A stretch of DNA of 64,000 nt from Amphiscolops sp. MND2022 (taxonomy: Eukaryota), in the NCBI GenBank assembly GCA_964187785.1, contig OZ076420.1:35402001-35466000 (forward strand), read 5' to 3'. This document shows, piece by piece, positions 47,265-59,700 of this stretch (the first letter of the stretch is position 1; each line of letters begins with the position of its first letter). Under the pieces are notes generated by a model that saw only the letters and a program-made list of their open reading frames with translations, ran no database searches and was not told the origin of the DNA. The position numbers and the translations under genes were made by a program.

Positions 47265-50200
47265 GTTAGTACTTTGTATACAACGATGTCCAGTTTAACC
47301 CATATTTTTAGCCTCGTGTTTAAACAATATAGTTTAATCAACGAATTCAGTACGGCATTTTTCACTTTCTTTCTTAACAACAGTTAAATTTTCTGACTTT
47401 ATTGAGTTTTATATCATTCCCCGAGAGCGTTTATCGGAGCAAAAAAACACGTAACTTTTAAAACCTGGCATCATTACTTGTATGAACTTGTCAGCAAATT
47501 TTATGAGAGTCTACTGTAGTTCTCAGCTCTTCGGACTTGTTTTGATGCAGCAACGTGGAATTTGCACAAACTTGTATTTTCTTTGAAGTTTACTAATTGC
47601 CGTTTGATTGTCTCCTGTAATTTGTTCAAAGGTGTGATTTTATTAGTTTCAATTATGATAATCACTGTGAAAGTATTTTTGGCTGAAACATTAAAGTAAA
47701 ACTTTTAGTTATGAGATGCTCTGAAAGTAACTCATAACTACCTCGGGTTGTAGATTTCAAACATAAACAATTTATTCTCGAAGCGTAATTCAATTTGTTC
47801 ACTCGTGACCAGGGTTTTGACATCGCTATTTCTTTTCGCTAATCGCTAAACAGATAATTTCGAAATCGCTTTTCGCTAGAAATTTAATCTTCAAACTATT
47901 GAAAATTTGACTTCAAGTATATTTTGAAAATTAATGATAACTTGAGTTTTTATCGGTACGAGTTGGAAAATCACTTTGAAACTCCGTTTGTACTCTGAAG
48001 TATTTTCGAATTTGGACATTCTATTTATTAGTTACCCCTTATTTAAATAGCTGAAAAATTCGCTAAGTAGCGGTGTCAAAACTCTGCTCATAACATTATA
48101 CCATGAAGTGAACTCATAAAAAATTCATGCCACAGTTTCGGCGTTGCGAGACTAATACTCAGGATTGTTTGAAAATTCACTTTCCGTTGTTAAAGCTCCA
48201 ACTTCAAAGCAAACTTTATTCAACACTTGACCGAAGTTCAAAAACGGCGCCAAAAACAGCCAAGGGTTTTTTGTTCCCTAATAACTCCTTGTAAATAATT
48301 ACTTATTTGTATTACTAACAAGTCATTGTTACACACTTGCAGGCTTGTAAAAAGTTGAATTGACCTAAAGTGTGTTTGGCGTCGGATCATAATTTCATAT
48401 GGAAGTCGCAAATTGTATCTACTTAGTTTTAATGCCTAGCAAATGGGGCGAAATTATTAAATTGAAAGCACTTGATCCCTCTTTAATTTGCATCGACAGT
48501 TGTGCTAATAACTTTATAAATTGAAAAAAAAAAGAAATTGAATGGACGAACAAATTGTACACTCAATTTTCCCCACTTTTTTCAAGTTTGAATTATCAAG
48601 TTTTCCACTCAAGTAAATTCTTGTTTTTGCAAGCACTGTGCCCCAGTTTCTATCGAATTTGCGATTGCAAGTGGAAAGTGTATTCTCAAGTTATATTATA
48701 TAGTTAATACCTGATAATTTATTACGAATGACTTTTTTGCTACTTATCAACAAAATATAAGTATATCCACCAGCCGAAGAATTTTTTACTAGATTCGGAT
48801 TGACTTGAAAGTCGCCTTGAAAGCTTTCAGAAACTTCTTTCGTTTAAAGAATTCTTTTGTTCAAGTATACATGTATTCGAATCAAAGTTTGAGCAACTTT
48901 GCAAATAGCGACCGCACCCGAAGAGCTTTCAACAACTTGATAGTGGGCCGCGATCTATATAAACTCCGGTTTCAAGTAAAATGTTTGCGTGCGAAGACTT
49001 TTTAGGTCACTGAGACAGGCAAAAATGATGTGGGTCAAGAGTATAAACGGTAGCTGCTTCCTTGATCCAATTGTGTCATCTTATATAATATTGACCTGAT
49101 AAATTGGTTGATATAAACCTAAAAAGAGCACTTGGCTCCATTTCTAGTAATAAAATGACAATACCGTGTCGGCGATAGTCAACAATCAGTCATCAAAATT
49201 TGGCTGTCCGAGATGAAAGAAAATTTAAGCAGCATTTAAGGTTCTGTCATAAAACCAAAGAAATTCATTGAAACCTTGGCGATGCAAATGGCAAGAAATG
49301 CAAAACAAAATTTATGAAATTTTGTAAAATTGGTGACATTTTTTATGTTTCCAACATTCGCTTAGTCTACTCGCAGTTCTGATGTAAATTTCTTGCAGCT
49401 CTTTTGAATAGTGAAGGGAGATGCTAAAATTTGTCTTAATCAATCGGTGCTCACGTTTGAAAAATGAACCTAAAATGACGAAGCTAGCTAGGATTATACA
49501 TGAAAATCAGCATTTAAGAATACCTCCAGCGTGTAATTTTCCTCCTTTTTTATTTGACTGCAGGAATTTTAATTTCAGTGCTGCTAAGATAACAACTCTC
49601 AGGAAACAGGGAACCTATTACGCTTGAGAAATTTTAATTTTCCAACTAATGAATGACAAAAAATAACTTTTGGGAAATTATTGCAGCGCGGAACAACAAT
49701 TGATGGTAGAGCAATGTGAGGATAGAAATTTTAGTTTGCGCAAAATTCGGTGTTTCCCTGTGGATTTGGAGGAAGCCGTTGAGATTGTAATTGAGAAGAA
49801 ATTAAATGTATCTTGTAAATTACAGGCAAAATAATTGTCATTCACCCATTATGACAGACTAGCTCAATCACATGGACAAAAAGCAGCACTTAAATACTTC
49901 TCCCAGATTTCCCAAGGCTAAAATTCCGTCCGACAGACAGATCGCCGGGAACTGAGAAAATAATCGATGAATTTTCAAACTAATCCTCTCCTCAAATTGC
50001 ACCAACTCGAAATACGTCAATGAACATTTTTCTCCAAATCTCCACCTATTACATGTGAATCAACACTTGGGAATTTTCGACTTCATTATCACATTTTTTC
50101 TGATTACCGCTGAGTCTTCGATTTTTGCGAGGTTGTGTGGCTAATTTAGCTCGTGAAAAGCCTACATGACGGATTTGCAAATGCATATCCGAATGGTAAA

Positions 50201-50689
50201 TGAACAATCATGAACAAATAAATGAACAAAATTTCCCACTTCCGGTTTTTGTGTTCAATTCGGGCTCAATTCTATAAAGAAAATTTCATGCAACCGGATT
50301 GAAAAGAACAAGATTCACGATCTAGTAATAGGAAAATTACTTATAATGAAAAAGATGGAACTTCATGCTGCGTTAATTTATCTACTTCCTTTCCCATAGA
50401 TATTTCACATTTTTAATCTCATTTTTTCGTGCCATCAATGCGGACATTACAGACGGGAATAAATTTACAATAGGAAATATATCTTTTTTGACTCGATCAC
50501 CTTTTCCTTTTTGTGTTTCTTCTGAAATTTTAGCTTGAGTGGGTTGAGAAAAAATGAGAAAAAGCAATTATTACTCAATTCGGCTTTCAAGTACGACCAC
50601 TTGGCGTAGTGGATGAGTGCGTGGATGTAAAACCAGGATGGATTTTTTTTCATTTTCGCAAAAGTAAACGATACCAAAGGCTTTGGGTT

Positions 50690-50866
50690 TTTTTTGACGC
50701 TGTGCGACTTTTACCGAGAAATTTAAATTTTCATTAAAAGTACCAAATTTTCATTTACCGGTAATTGAAAAGTTTACAACAGTTGCCCTTTGATTGAATA
50801 TTTCAAAAACCTTGCTCTTTTTGAACCCTGAGCGGGGCGCCGACTTGGGCCGTTCCCGGCTTGTTT
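50690..50866 (-). mobile_element. Short copy of the DINE/HINE-like repeat family
   Basis: Minus strand begins AAACAAGCCGGGAACGGCCCAAGTCGGCGC at 50866. Confidence 0.65.
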
Positions 50867-53234
50867 ATTATTTCCTCCAGTATTTCTAATGATACCCGGA
50901 ATGAAAAATATTCTCCAGAATGGAAAATAATATCAAAGCTATAAAAAATTTTTTCTTGATTAAGCATTGTATGATCAATTTTAGATGTTTATAGATTGTT
51001 GAATTTTTCACCCTCGGACGTTTTTATAAGCCATTCCAAAAGAAACAACTTTTAGTTGCTCAAATGTCTGACAGGTCAAGCTGTCTTTATAACCCGGCGT
51101 TCTCGCATCTCAGCTTTTGAACTGAAATAACGAACACCTTCTGAAGACCGCACCTATTAACTTTCAATGAGCGTTCGATTACCAATTGAGATTTCTTCTA
51201 TTGTTTTCGAATACTTGTTTCTATCGTTTTAAAACTGTTCTACAGCTTGTAAGATGAACTTTTTTGCTTGTAGAATTGCTTCTTTACTTTACTATCGGGG
51301 CAATAAGGTGTGCTTCGATTGAAACTTTAGCATGCTTTGATTACAGCTTTAAATGATGACGAAATTGCTCAATAAATTTTTTATAACTGGACTAACTTTT
51401 GAGCTGGTTTTCAAGAGGCTGTCCAAGCTTGTCATTTGGAGTGCCAGAGACTAAGACTGATCAGTGAGACTTATAAATCATGAAAAATGTGTCAGCAAAG
51501 AAAAATAGACTCGAATAAAACTGATCAAGACTCAGATTAGCTGTTAAATAGTTGTTAAATGTGGTTGTCAGTAGCACTCTTTAATTTTAGAACCCCTTAG
51601 GCCTCTCTTAAAATCTCCAATCTTCACGGGGACACTTTAAAGTCTCGAATTTGACGAATAAAAACATGCATAAAATGGTTAATAAATCAACGATTTCTAT
51701 CTTTTCAGCGGTTTCAAAAACCAAATCTTAGTGTTTTTCAAATTCACTTCAGAAGCTTGACAAATCAAGGCCATAAAAAGGTCTCGCGCTTTCTCAAACA
51801 TGATTTTATTTTATTTGCCTGGAGAAATTGAAAAAAAAGTTACCAAATTATTCAGTTTCGTCGAAATACCTACCTTGCTAGTTTGAAAGTACGAAAAATT
51901 GGTTGAAATCTTTTTGCACTTGTACTCAAATTACACATTCCAACTTTTTTAATTGAAGAAGAAACTCCCGACCACGATGAAGTACCTTCCTTGAGTACTA
52001 TTTTACGTGGTTGCTTCAAATTTTTGAGTCAGTACACATCGCATCTTTCCGTTCTGTTGACATGTGAATAAGTTTTAACTTCAAACTTCGAAGTCAATCC
52101 GCTGGTTATCGGCAATCCCATTCCATTACTTGAGATGTTTTTTCCTAATTTTATTACTAATACGATGCCAATGGAAAAACGTTTTTTTTTCAAGCTTTAT
52201 AACTTGTCTTTTTGTATCGTAAAATGTGTATTTGCCTAATTGTTAGTCATTCCTTCAGATGACAAATGAGCTAATTTAACACCGTTAATCACTTTTTTCC
52301 ACTGCAAATTGTTTTTCGAGAGTTTTTCACTCACTTCTGTGAGTTTTGCACACTATAAACGCTCAAATAAATAAACTGAAAATGGTGATTAGTAAGCTTC
52401 AATTAATTTTTTCATGCGTTCTTGGTTGACTTGTTTTAAGATTGTTTTAAACATGTCAGATAAATGTGATTGACGTTTGTCTGAAGTGTCAAACATTCAC
52501 ACCCCCCGTTGTCAGTACACAACAGCTAGTACTCAATTGGAGATGTCTAATGCGAACAAATTCACGCCGCCGGTGACTCGCTAATTTAGCTGTTAACTTC
52601 GTGGGCTCATGTACCTTTTTCAAAGATGCCTCAAATGTGCTCAATTAATTGAACACTTACCAATGGTTTTAATAAGTTAATGAACGTCTAAGAGGTCTCC
52701 TTCGTTTTGTTTCTCTCAGAGGACGAGAACAATGAAGTTTATTGAATAGAAACATGTTTTTCAAAGTAATAATGAAGCCAATTATTAGCCAAGAAAGGCT
52801 GAAACCCTCTGTGCAATGAAAGTACTGAATGTTGACAGAAAACGACAAACTGACTCTTATTTAAAATTTCTTCATATTTTCGAAGTAGTCAATTTCAATC
52901 TTCAATCTTTGACCGTTTATTTCAGCCTAATTCTCTGAATTTTAAAATTTTTTCCAAACTTGATTTTTATAGAGCGAGATAAGTTTTTTCAAGGTCTAAC
53001 TAATATGTCGCCCGCCCTATATCGGAATTGGCATATCGGACAATTCCAACTCTGATCGATTATATACACGAATTTCACAGCTTTGAAAGGTAACATAATT
53101 TTTGAAAGGTTGAATAGAAACTCCATAATCTTACATATTTGTACTTCAACTTAACTCTTTAAACAAAAGTAGTTATCAAATTTAACGTGTTTCTTCAACC
53201 CTGTAACTTATCTCTTCTGCTTTTCATGGTTTAG

Positions 53235-53399
53235 CAGTGGTAGGCAACTTGACGGCGACGCAGAGTAGCGACCAACAAACCATTGCCCTCCAGTGGACCA
53301 TCTTCCCAAAAATGGTGACTGAATACGAGGTGTTTGTCTACCGAAATGACAATCTGGAAGTCATCTATGGGACACAGCAGACATCATACGAACTGCCCA
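53235..53399 (+). CDS. Eph: Eph receptor exon (FN3 domain 2, N-part)
   Basis: TTTAG| ... A|GTAAGA, phase 1 to 1; IALQW...VTEYEVFVY. Confidence 0.85.
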
Positions 53400-53540
53400 G
53401 TAAGAACTTCCTAAATCATTTCTTTCATGCACCACTTTGATCACTACTTTTTTAAAGATGAGATGTATGAATCTCATTTCAAAAAAAGTAGTGAAAAAGT
53501 TCTGTAGTCTCTATAGTTGAGGGAACTATAGTAAATTATT

Positions 53541-54079
53541 GGTTTAGTATCATTTCACCCCACATTCATTCACCCCAGGTTCATTTCACCCCAAATTCAT
53601 TTCACCCCACGTTCATTTCACCTCACACTTAAATTATCAAATGCGTCTCAGATAAATGACTATTGCCACCCAATTTCAATCTTAGCGCTAATAGAAAAGC
53701 GTCTTGGTTCTGATTACCAATTAGATTTCAGCAAACGATGCTTGCTATGTGAACCACAAAATCGGAACCGAAAAGTTTCACTTATCGGAATTGTAATACT
53801 TCAGAAAGAACAAGGAGCTCAGAAAAATCATTTTTCTGTCAATCAAAATCTACAACTATGGATGCTGCGAATCTTCAGCAAAAAAATCCTATTCCGTTTT
53901 CCTACGGCAAAAATTTCCTACAGGCCAGAAACCTCAAAGCTAACTCAAAAACAGTAGGCATCAAAGTTTAATTGTTGATTAACGTGAGACGCTTTTGTAT
54001 AATTACAATATGGTGTGAAATGAAAGTGGGGTGAAATGAACGTGGGGTGAAATGAATGTGGCGTGAAATGAACGTGGGC
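53541..54079. mobile_element. 539-bp foldback element with ~15-bp subrepeat arms and 9-bp TSD (MULE-type)
   Basis: TAAATTATT duplicated at 53532-53540 and 54080-54088. Five CATT(T)CACC(C/T)C copies on the left and four inverted G(T/G/C)GTGAAATG copies on the right, plus inner GCGTCTCA/TGAGACGC. A one-arm remnant of the family lies at about 29727-29790. Confidence 0.85.
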
Positions 54080-54651
54080 TAAATTATTAACTTGACGGCA
54101 CTTAAACTGCTAAATCAATTATGCAATGTGTTCGCAATTCATGTCAAATTACTGTGAATTTCATTAAAAGCCTCTAACATTTTCTGTCAAAGTAGCAACA
54201 TTTCTAGAAGAGAACCATATTTAGTTCTGCTCGGCTTCGTCATAGCTTACTGAATTTCATAAAAACACGAGTTTCTAAATCTACAGGGTTATGATATTGG
54301 GGTTATAGCTGTTGAATTATTTTGTCACTTTATTGTGATTCCATGATCAATAATTATATTGAATTAGCCTCGAGATAATTTTTCTGATATCAAATTGCTT
54401 GATTCTTTTGAACCGCAGTTTTTCATGTTTGAATTAGGTGATAAATTGCTCTCTTTATGAAGTAACCAAAATGTAACAATTTCTGAAACATTCTAGTCGC
54501 AATAAGGTGCAATGAAATTCAAACAGGTCTTGTTAATGTTTTTGTAAACACATTTTGAAAATAAAAGACAATCATGTAACAATTGAATGGTATTTTCACG
54601 CTTTGTAAATGCCGAAAACTGAGTGAATAAATAGTTTTGGTCTTGTTTCAG

Positions 54652-54738
54652 CTACTCAAGGGGGAAAATATGTGTTCAGGGTTTGCATTCAAAGCAATGA
54701 CAGATTATGCAGCGAAGATTTGTATGTGTCAGTCATAG
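54652..54738 (+). CDS. Eph: Eph receptor exon (FN3 domain 2, F-G strands): TTQGGKYVFRVCIQSNDRLCSEDLYVSVI
   Basis: TTGTTTCAG| ... TAG|GTTGGT, phase 1 to 1; YVFRV matches the FN3 Y.F.V strand. An alternative GT at 54722 is phase-incompatible. Confidence 0.75.
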   Translation, partial: LLKGENMCSGFAFKAMTDYAAKICMCQS

Positions 54739-55552
54739 GTTGGTATGAAATTTCCGAATGCAATTCTTGAAGAGACCTAATTTTCATGCTACCTAAGTTT
54801 CATGCTACTTGGAATTTTTCAGCTAGGGGACTGCTGAAGAAAGTTGAAAATTTTATTGAATTGTTTTGCTTCTGAAAAAGGTGATTGACAATTTTTGGTG
54901 ATTTCAAAGGTTTTCGAGTTTTTGCCTCAGTCTGTGTGAAACATTACTATTCTAATGCTACCTATTGCCAGCTTCAGGCGCTCCTAAGTATAAAAAGTCC
55001 ACATTTGCAAAAATTGCCGTTCAAGGCTGCCCGTGTTGACATCCCATGCATTTCCATGCATGATCATGTAAAGTCCATGCTTGCCACGCATGGTCAAAAC
55101 AAGGCACATCAGGGAGTCGCTGTTTTTCGAAAAGTTTCAAAAAACAAAAAAAATCAAAACTTGTTTAGTTTTTGCGCTTCACATGGTGGGAAAACAACTT
55201 GAAACATTTCTGTTTTATGTGGTTTTAAAAAAGTCAAAATTTTGTTTAACGCGTAATTCATCCTACATTTTGGGTTCAGTTCAGTAACTATCTCGCCACC
55301 AAAAAATCTAGAAATTCCTCTGGTATATATATTTTAACAATTTCTATGTGTCCTACTATCAATGGTAGAAAGTCCCGCTAGGTTTCAGTTGATTTCTATG
55401 TGAAACTGAGATTCGTGAAAAACTCATTCGAATAAAATTATGCATTATTCTTCATTAATTTGTTGAGTATTATAAGGTGCTTTTTGATGCTTTTAACTTT
55501 TTCGGACTCTTTTCTTGGTTAGTCTATTCACGTTTTTTGTTCTTTTTTGCAG

Positions 55553-55780
55553 ATCATCAAATGTGGACAGGTATGAATCCACGCAGCCTAGTGCTAGGAG
55601 CAGCGATGATCATGGCTGTTATCCTGGTAGTGCTGATTCTACTTCTCACAGCCGTCTGGTGCTACAAAAAGAGTCACCCTCTTGACATGAGTCAGATGCA
55701 CCCTGATTGGTCAGGTCACAACAAGTACACTCTGGGGGGGCTCTCTCACGTTCCACCCATGGGGGCACCTTACTGTGAAG
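55553..55780 (+). CDS. Eph: Eph receptor exon (transmembrane helix plus proximal juxtamembrane)
   Basis: TTTTTTGCAG|, phase 1; LVLGAAMIMAVILVVLILLLTAVWCYKK is a TM helix with a basic stop-transfer. The 3' end is placed at a GC donor (AAG|GCGAGT, 55781); an alternative weak GT donor lies at 55715. Confidence 0.85.
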
Positions 55781-55905
55781 GCGAGTTTGTTGCAGAACAT
55801 CCTTGTATATAGATGTTTCCATTCGTAATCGATTCTCGTTTTTTCCGCCTATGAAAATTTACCCGAAGTTAAAAGTGGGCTTATTGCTGTTATTTTTGAA
55901 ATGAA

Positions 55906-56364
55906 AAACAAGCCGAGAACGGCCAAAGTCGGCGCTATATCTAAGGCTCAAAATTGTGAAAGGGGGGACCCTCCGGGCTTTGTGAAACTCCAGCTGGTTG
56001 CAAAATATGAAAAAAAAATTGAAGGGGGACCCTTTGGTGACTTTAAAAAATTTTTGAAAAAAGTGATTTTTGAATCGTGTCACAGTGCCGAAAAATGTAA
56101 AAGGGGGACCCTTTGGGATTTTTTGACATCCATTGTGTTGCAAAATATCGAAAGAAATGAAGGGGGGACCCTTTGGTGCAATCCAAAAAATTTCAAAAAA
56201 AAGTCGCATAGTGCTGAAAAAAAGTGGGGCTAAGGTGGGACCTCCATAGTTCAAGTTGTTGAACAAATTAACTGAACAAAAAAGTGGACCTTACGCGTCT
56301 AAAAAAAACTACCCACTGTAAGAGTCGGGCACATTTTCTACTAAAATGCGCCGACTAAAAAAGG
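55906..56364 (+). mobile_element. DINE/HINE (Helentron)-like non-autonomous element
   Basis: Starts AAACAAGCCGAGAACGGCCAAAGTCGGCGC. Subterminal inverted repeat AGTCGGCGC (55927-55935) / GCGCCGACT (56348-56356); internal AAGGGGGACCC repeats; same family as 19960-20824 and 50690-50866. Confidence 0.72.
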
Positions 56365-56662
56365 TTGAGGGTTAGAAAAGTGTGTCGTTCTTTTTTGACG
56401 CGATTGTTAATGTTGATTACACCAAGAAATAATGTTTAACTGGTTTTTTCTTGCATTTTTGTTTTTTTTTCTGGCAAGATTTCATAGCTTTCTATCCGCA
56501 TGAAAAGCTTCGTAACTTCGATCAAAAGACTAATTTTCGGGTATTGTATCCTAGTATTAAAATGCAGTTTCTTTTTTTTGTTGTATCAAATGAGCAAATT
56601 TAGAGGAATATGTTTGCAATTGTTTGCTTTGTTCACGTGTTAATGCAATTATCCAATTACAG

Positions 56663-56791
56663 GCGGAGCCATTCCCTACGGCCAGTCGTTCATCGATCCC
56701 AGTTTCTGCGAAGAACCCGAAAAGTTGCTGTTCGAATTCTCGCGGGAGATTTTTCTGGAACAAATTCAATTTTTCAAGGAATCTCACAACG
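56663..56791 (+). CDS. Eph: Eph receptor exon (juxtamembrane to kinase beta1): GGAIPYGQSFIDPSFCEEPEKLLFEFSREIFLEQIQFFKESHN
   Basis: CCAATTACAG| ... G|GTAATT, phase 1 to 1; aligns to YxDPxxYEDP..A..EFAKEI....I.IEKV. Not in the ORF track. Confidence 0.88.
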
Positions 56792-59700
56792 GTAATTACC
56801 TTCCGCCATGAAATCCAATTATCAGCAAGTGGCCGTCGCCGACTTGCCTCGGCTATTTCAACTTTCCTCGTCCTATTTCTACTAACTTTTGATTGGTCAT
56901 CGAAACTGAAAATTCAAACTATTTAGACAAAACACGCGCAAAGCAGTCTCTCTTTTTTCGAATACAATTCTAAAATTAACCTGGTCTTGTTTTACATTTT
57001 TTTAAGGTTGTCAATAGTTTTCCTGCACTTTTTGTCTGTTCGAATTTTCCTGACGCCGTTAATTGGATTTCATGCATTCAGTATTACATATGTACTTTGT
57101 ATAGCCATTCTGCACTCAAATCATTAAGGGGCTACCCTCTGGGGACGGGCCGGTTATTCTTTCCCCCTGATTTTGGGGAATGAACTAATTTGGCTGCATA
57201 GTTTATCCAGAATTGTGCTGCCATGCTTGATAAGTTCTGCATGAATGATGATTACCAATTTGACTCTTTGTTTTCAAAATATAAATCAACTTGTAACTTT
57301 TAATTAAATTCCAAAAAGTCGCTGAACTGGAGTAATAGTTGCAAGATGTTAAAATTTCCATCACCAAAGTTGGTCGATATTTATTCTAACTTGAAAAAAA
57401 ATGGTAAACGGAGTTGAGTTTTTGATTGCCCGTTTTCTGCACTATGATATGAAAAGTTTTTCAAATACTCATCGAAAATACGGCCGAATTTCATGTTTTT
57501 AATTTGAATGACCAAAAAATTGATTTTCTAATATGAAGAAATCATCCATAAGTTTTCAAAAATTTAATAATGTTTTGGAAAAAAAAGCTGAATAAAAAAT
57601 AATACAAAAAACTGCTAAATAATTGATTCTAACGTCCTATGAAGCCGACGTAGCATGAAAACTTTTGAATTTTGAATAGTGATAATACTGTCTCACTTTT
57701 CAATACACAGCCGTATTTTTTCCTATGACTGAATTGAGTTTTCAAGACTTCCAGATTTCAGCTTTTGTTCATGCGGACGAATGAATTTTGGAAAACAATA
57801 AATTTTGTGCTTCAGTGATCTCTGAAAATTCAATATGGTGTGAAGTATCTCACAAATTTTCACAAAAAGTTGTATAAACAAGTTACAAAAGAAAAGCGCG
57901 ATCGATAAAGTGCTTCTTAGAGCAAATTGAAAAAGGGTTACAGTATGAATTGAACTTTTTCTCAAAAGTCGCAACAGTGTGTTGATAATTTCTTTAAACA
58001 AAACACTTTCCGTTTGAAGCGGAATTCAATAGGACCTACACCCGTTTTTAGTCTCAAGCTCCTAAAAGCTGTCGCCGAAAAGTTGTTCAACTTTCTCTGT
58101 CCTTTCTTTCATGCCAGCAAAACCAGATGTGCAATTATCTCACTTTTTGTGTTTGTACGACGTTCGTAATTCTTATTATGATAAATAACTTTTCGGGACG
58201 CCATGTATTCAATTTGAACAATTCTGGTTACTATTTCCTATTTTTAATTAAGTTTCTTCCAACTTTTTTCAATTTTGATTCCATTATGAATCATATGCTG
58301 TTGTGTAATCTCAAATATGCGGAGCAACTTACGATGAAAATGCTTTAGTTACTTCTGTAAGTTATCAACGCAATATCGACCAAAAAGCTCAACAAATATC
58401 AATTGCCTTGAATCGGCATCTTCGAACGAAAAGTTAGCAAAATTAAGATGGCATTGTGACTTGATTTTGTCTAGGATAGAAAGAGGTGAAAATTTCATTT
58501 TTATTACACCATACCTATAGAGCTCTAAATGCAAGAGTGAAGCGACGTGCCACTACCTGACCAGCGGAAGGTTTTGGCAAAGTCAACCTGGAGGGGCGCA
58601 AAGCGCCCTGGAAGGAGGAAGGCCGAGTCATACAACCAATTTTGGTTTCTAAATTCATAATGACATTATCATTTTCTATACTGTATATTTCGATTCTTAA
58701 TACTTAGACTCTAGATAGACAACTGCTTATTTGTGCTTTCGAACCCATTCCATACTTCTCCCTTTATAACTACTTTAAGTCGACTTTAAGTTAAGTTAGC
58801 AAATTTCAAGCCATTGATTTCAAAAAGAAAAAACTTAAACTTTGAATCTTCATTTAAGGGCTAATTACTCTACAAAATCAATCACAATGATTTAAAAATT
58901 GATTTTTCTGAAAAGGCGTATAATACCGGAATTTTGAACTAGGAAATCGAAGCTTATTTCCATCAGATTTGCATATAGATTTCCTGAGCTATACTTTCTT
59001 CAAATAAGTCTAAACACTTTGAGAGAAGATATCTAGTTAAAACTTGCCTGCAAGTTAAAAATATTTCACATGTTCATGTAGCACTACCCTTAGATTTCAG
59101 AGCTCGTTTTTCATGAAGTTCTCCGTGCGATCAATCATACTAGATTTTCTTACTTCATGAAAATACACAGTTCGATAAACGCATCTAGTATATTTTACTT
59201 TTCTTCCACTGATAGTTCAACTATATCCAGTTTTATTTCGCAATTTTTGATTTATGGAAGCCTAAACGACACACAGGTCTCATAGGGGCGTGTCCAATAT
59301 TGTACTTTGTTATTAAAAATGTCATTTTTTCTTGGGAGAAATCGGGTAATTGTAAATTGGACCAGCCTGTAACTCCCGTTAGATTGCAAAATAGGCGATA
59401 TAGGTGCCTGCCTAGTAATGAAAAGAGAATACGAAATTTAAGTTGTATATTTTTATGATCACGTCCAACTTTCAAATAAAAAAGTTATCAGCGATTGAAG
59501 AAAGAAAATATGTAGTGTTTCTTTTTTTTCTAACTAATTTTTTAAAACTTTAAACTAAAGTTTGATTTTTACATTGTCGAAAAGTCCGTTTTCCATTTTG
59601 TCGACGCTTTTTTTCGTTTTTTTTTGTGAATGTTTTTTGGAAGTTTGATTGCGAGTTTGAAATGATAACTCGTCGAAATTTTTCAAGTCAATTTTTCTCA

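Noticed and set aside
55859-56266. 110-135-aa ORFs on both strands
   Set aside because: They are translations of the AAAGGGGGACCC dispersed repeat; similar ORFs arise at the 20.1-20.6 kb copy.
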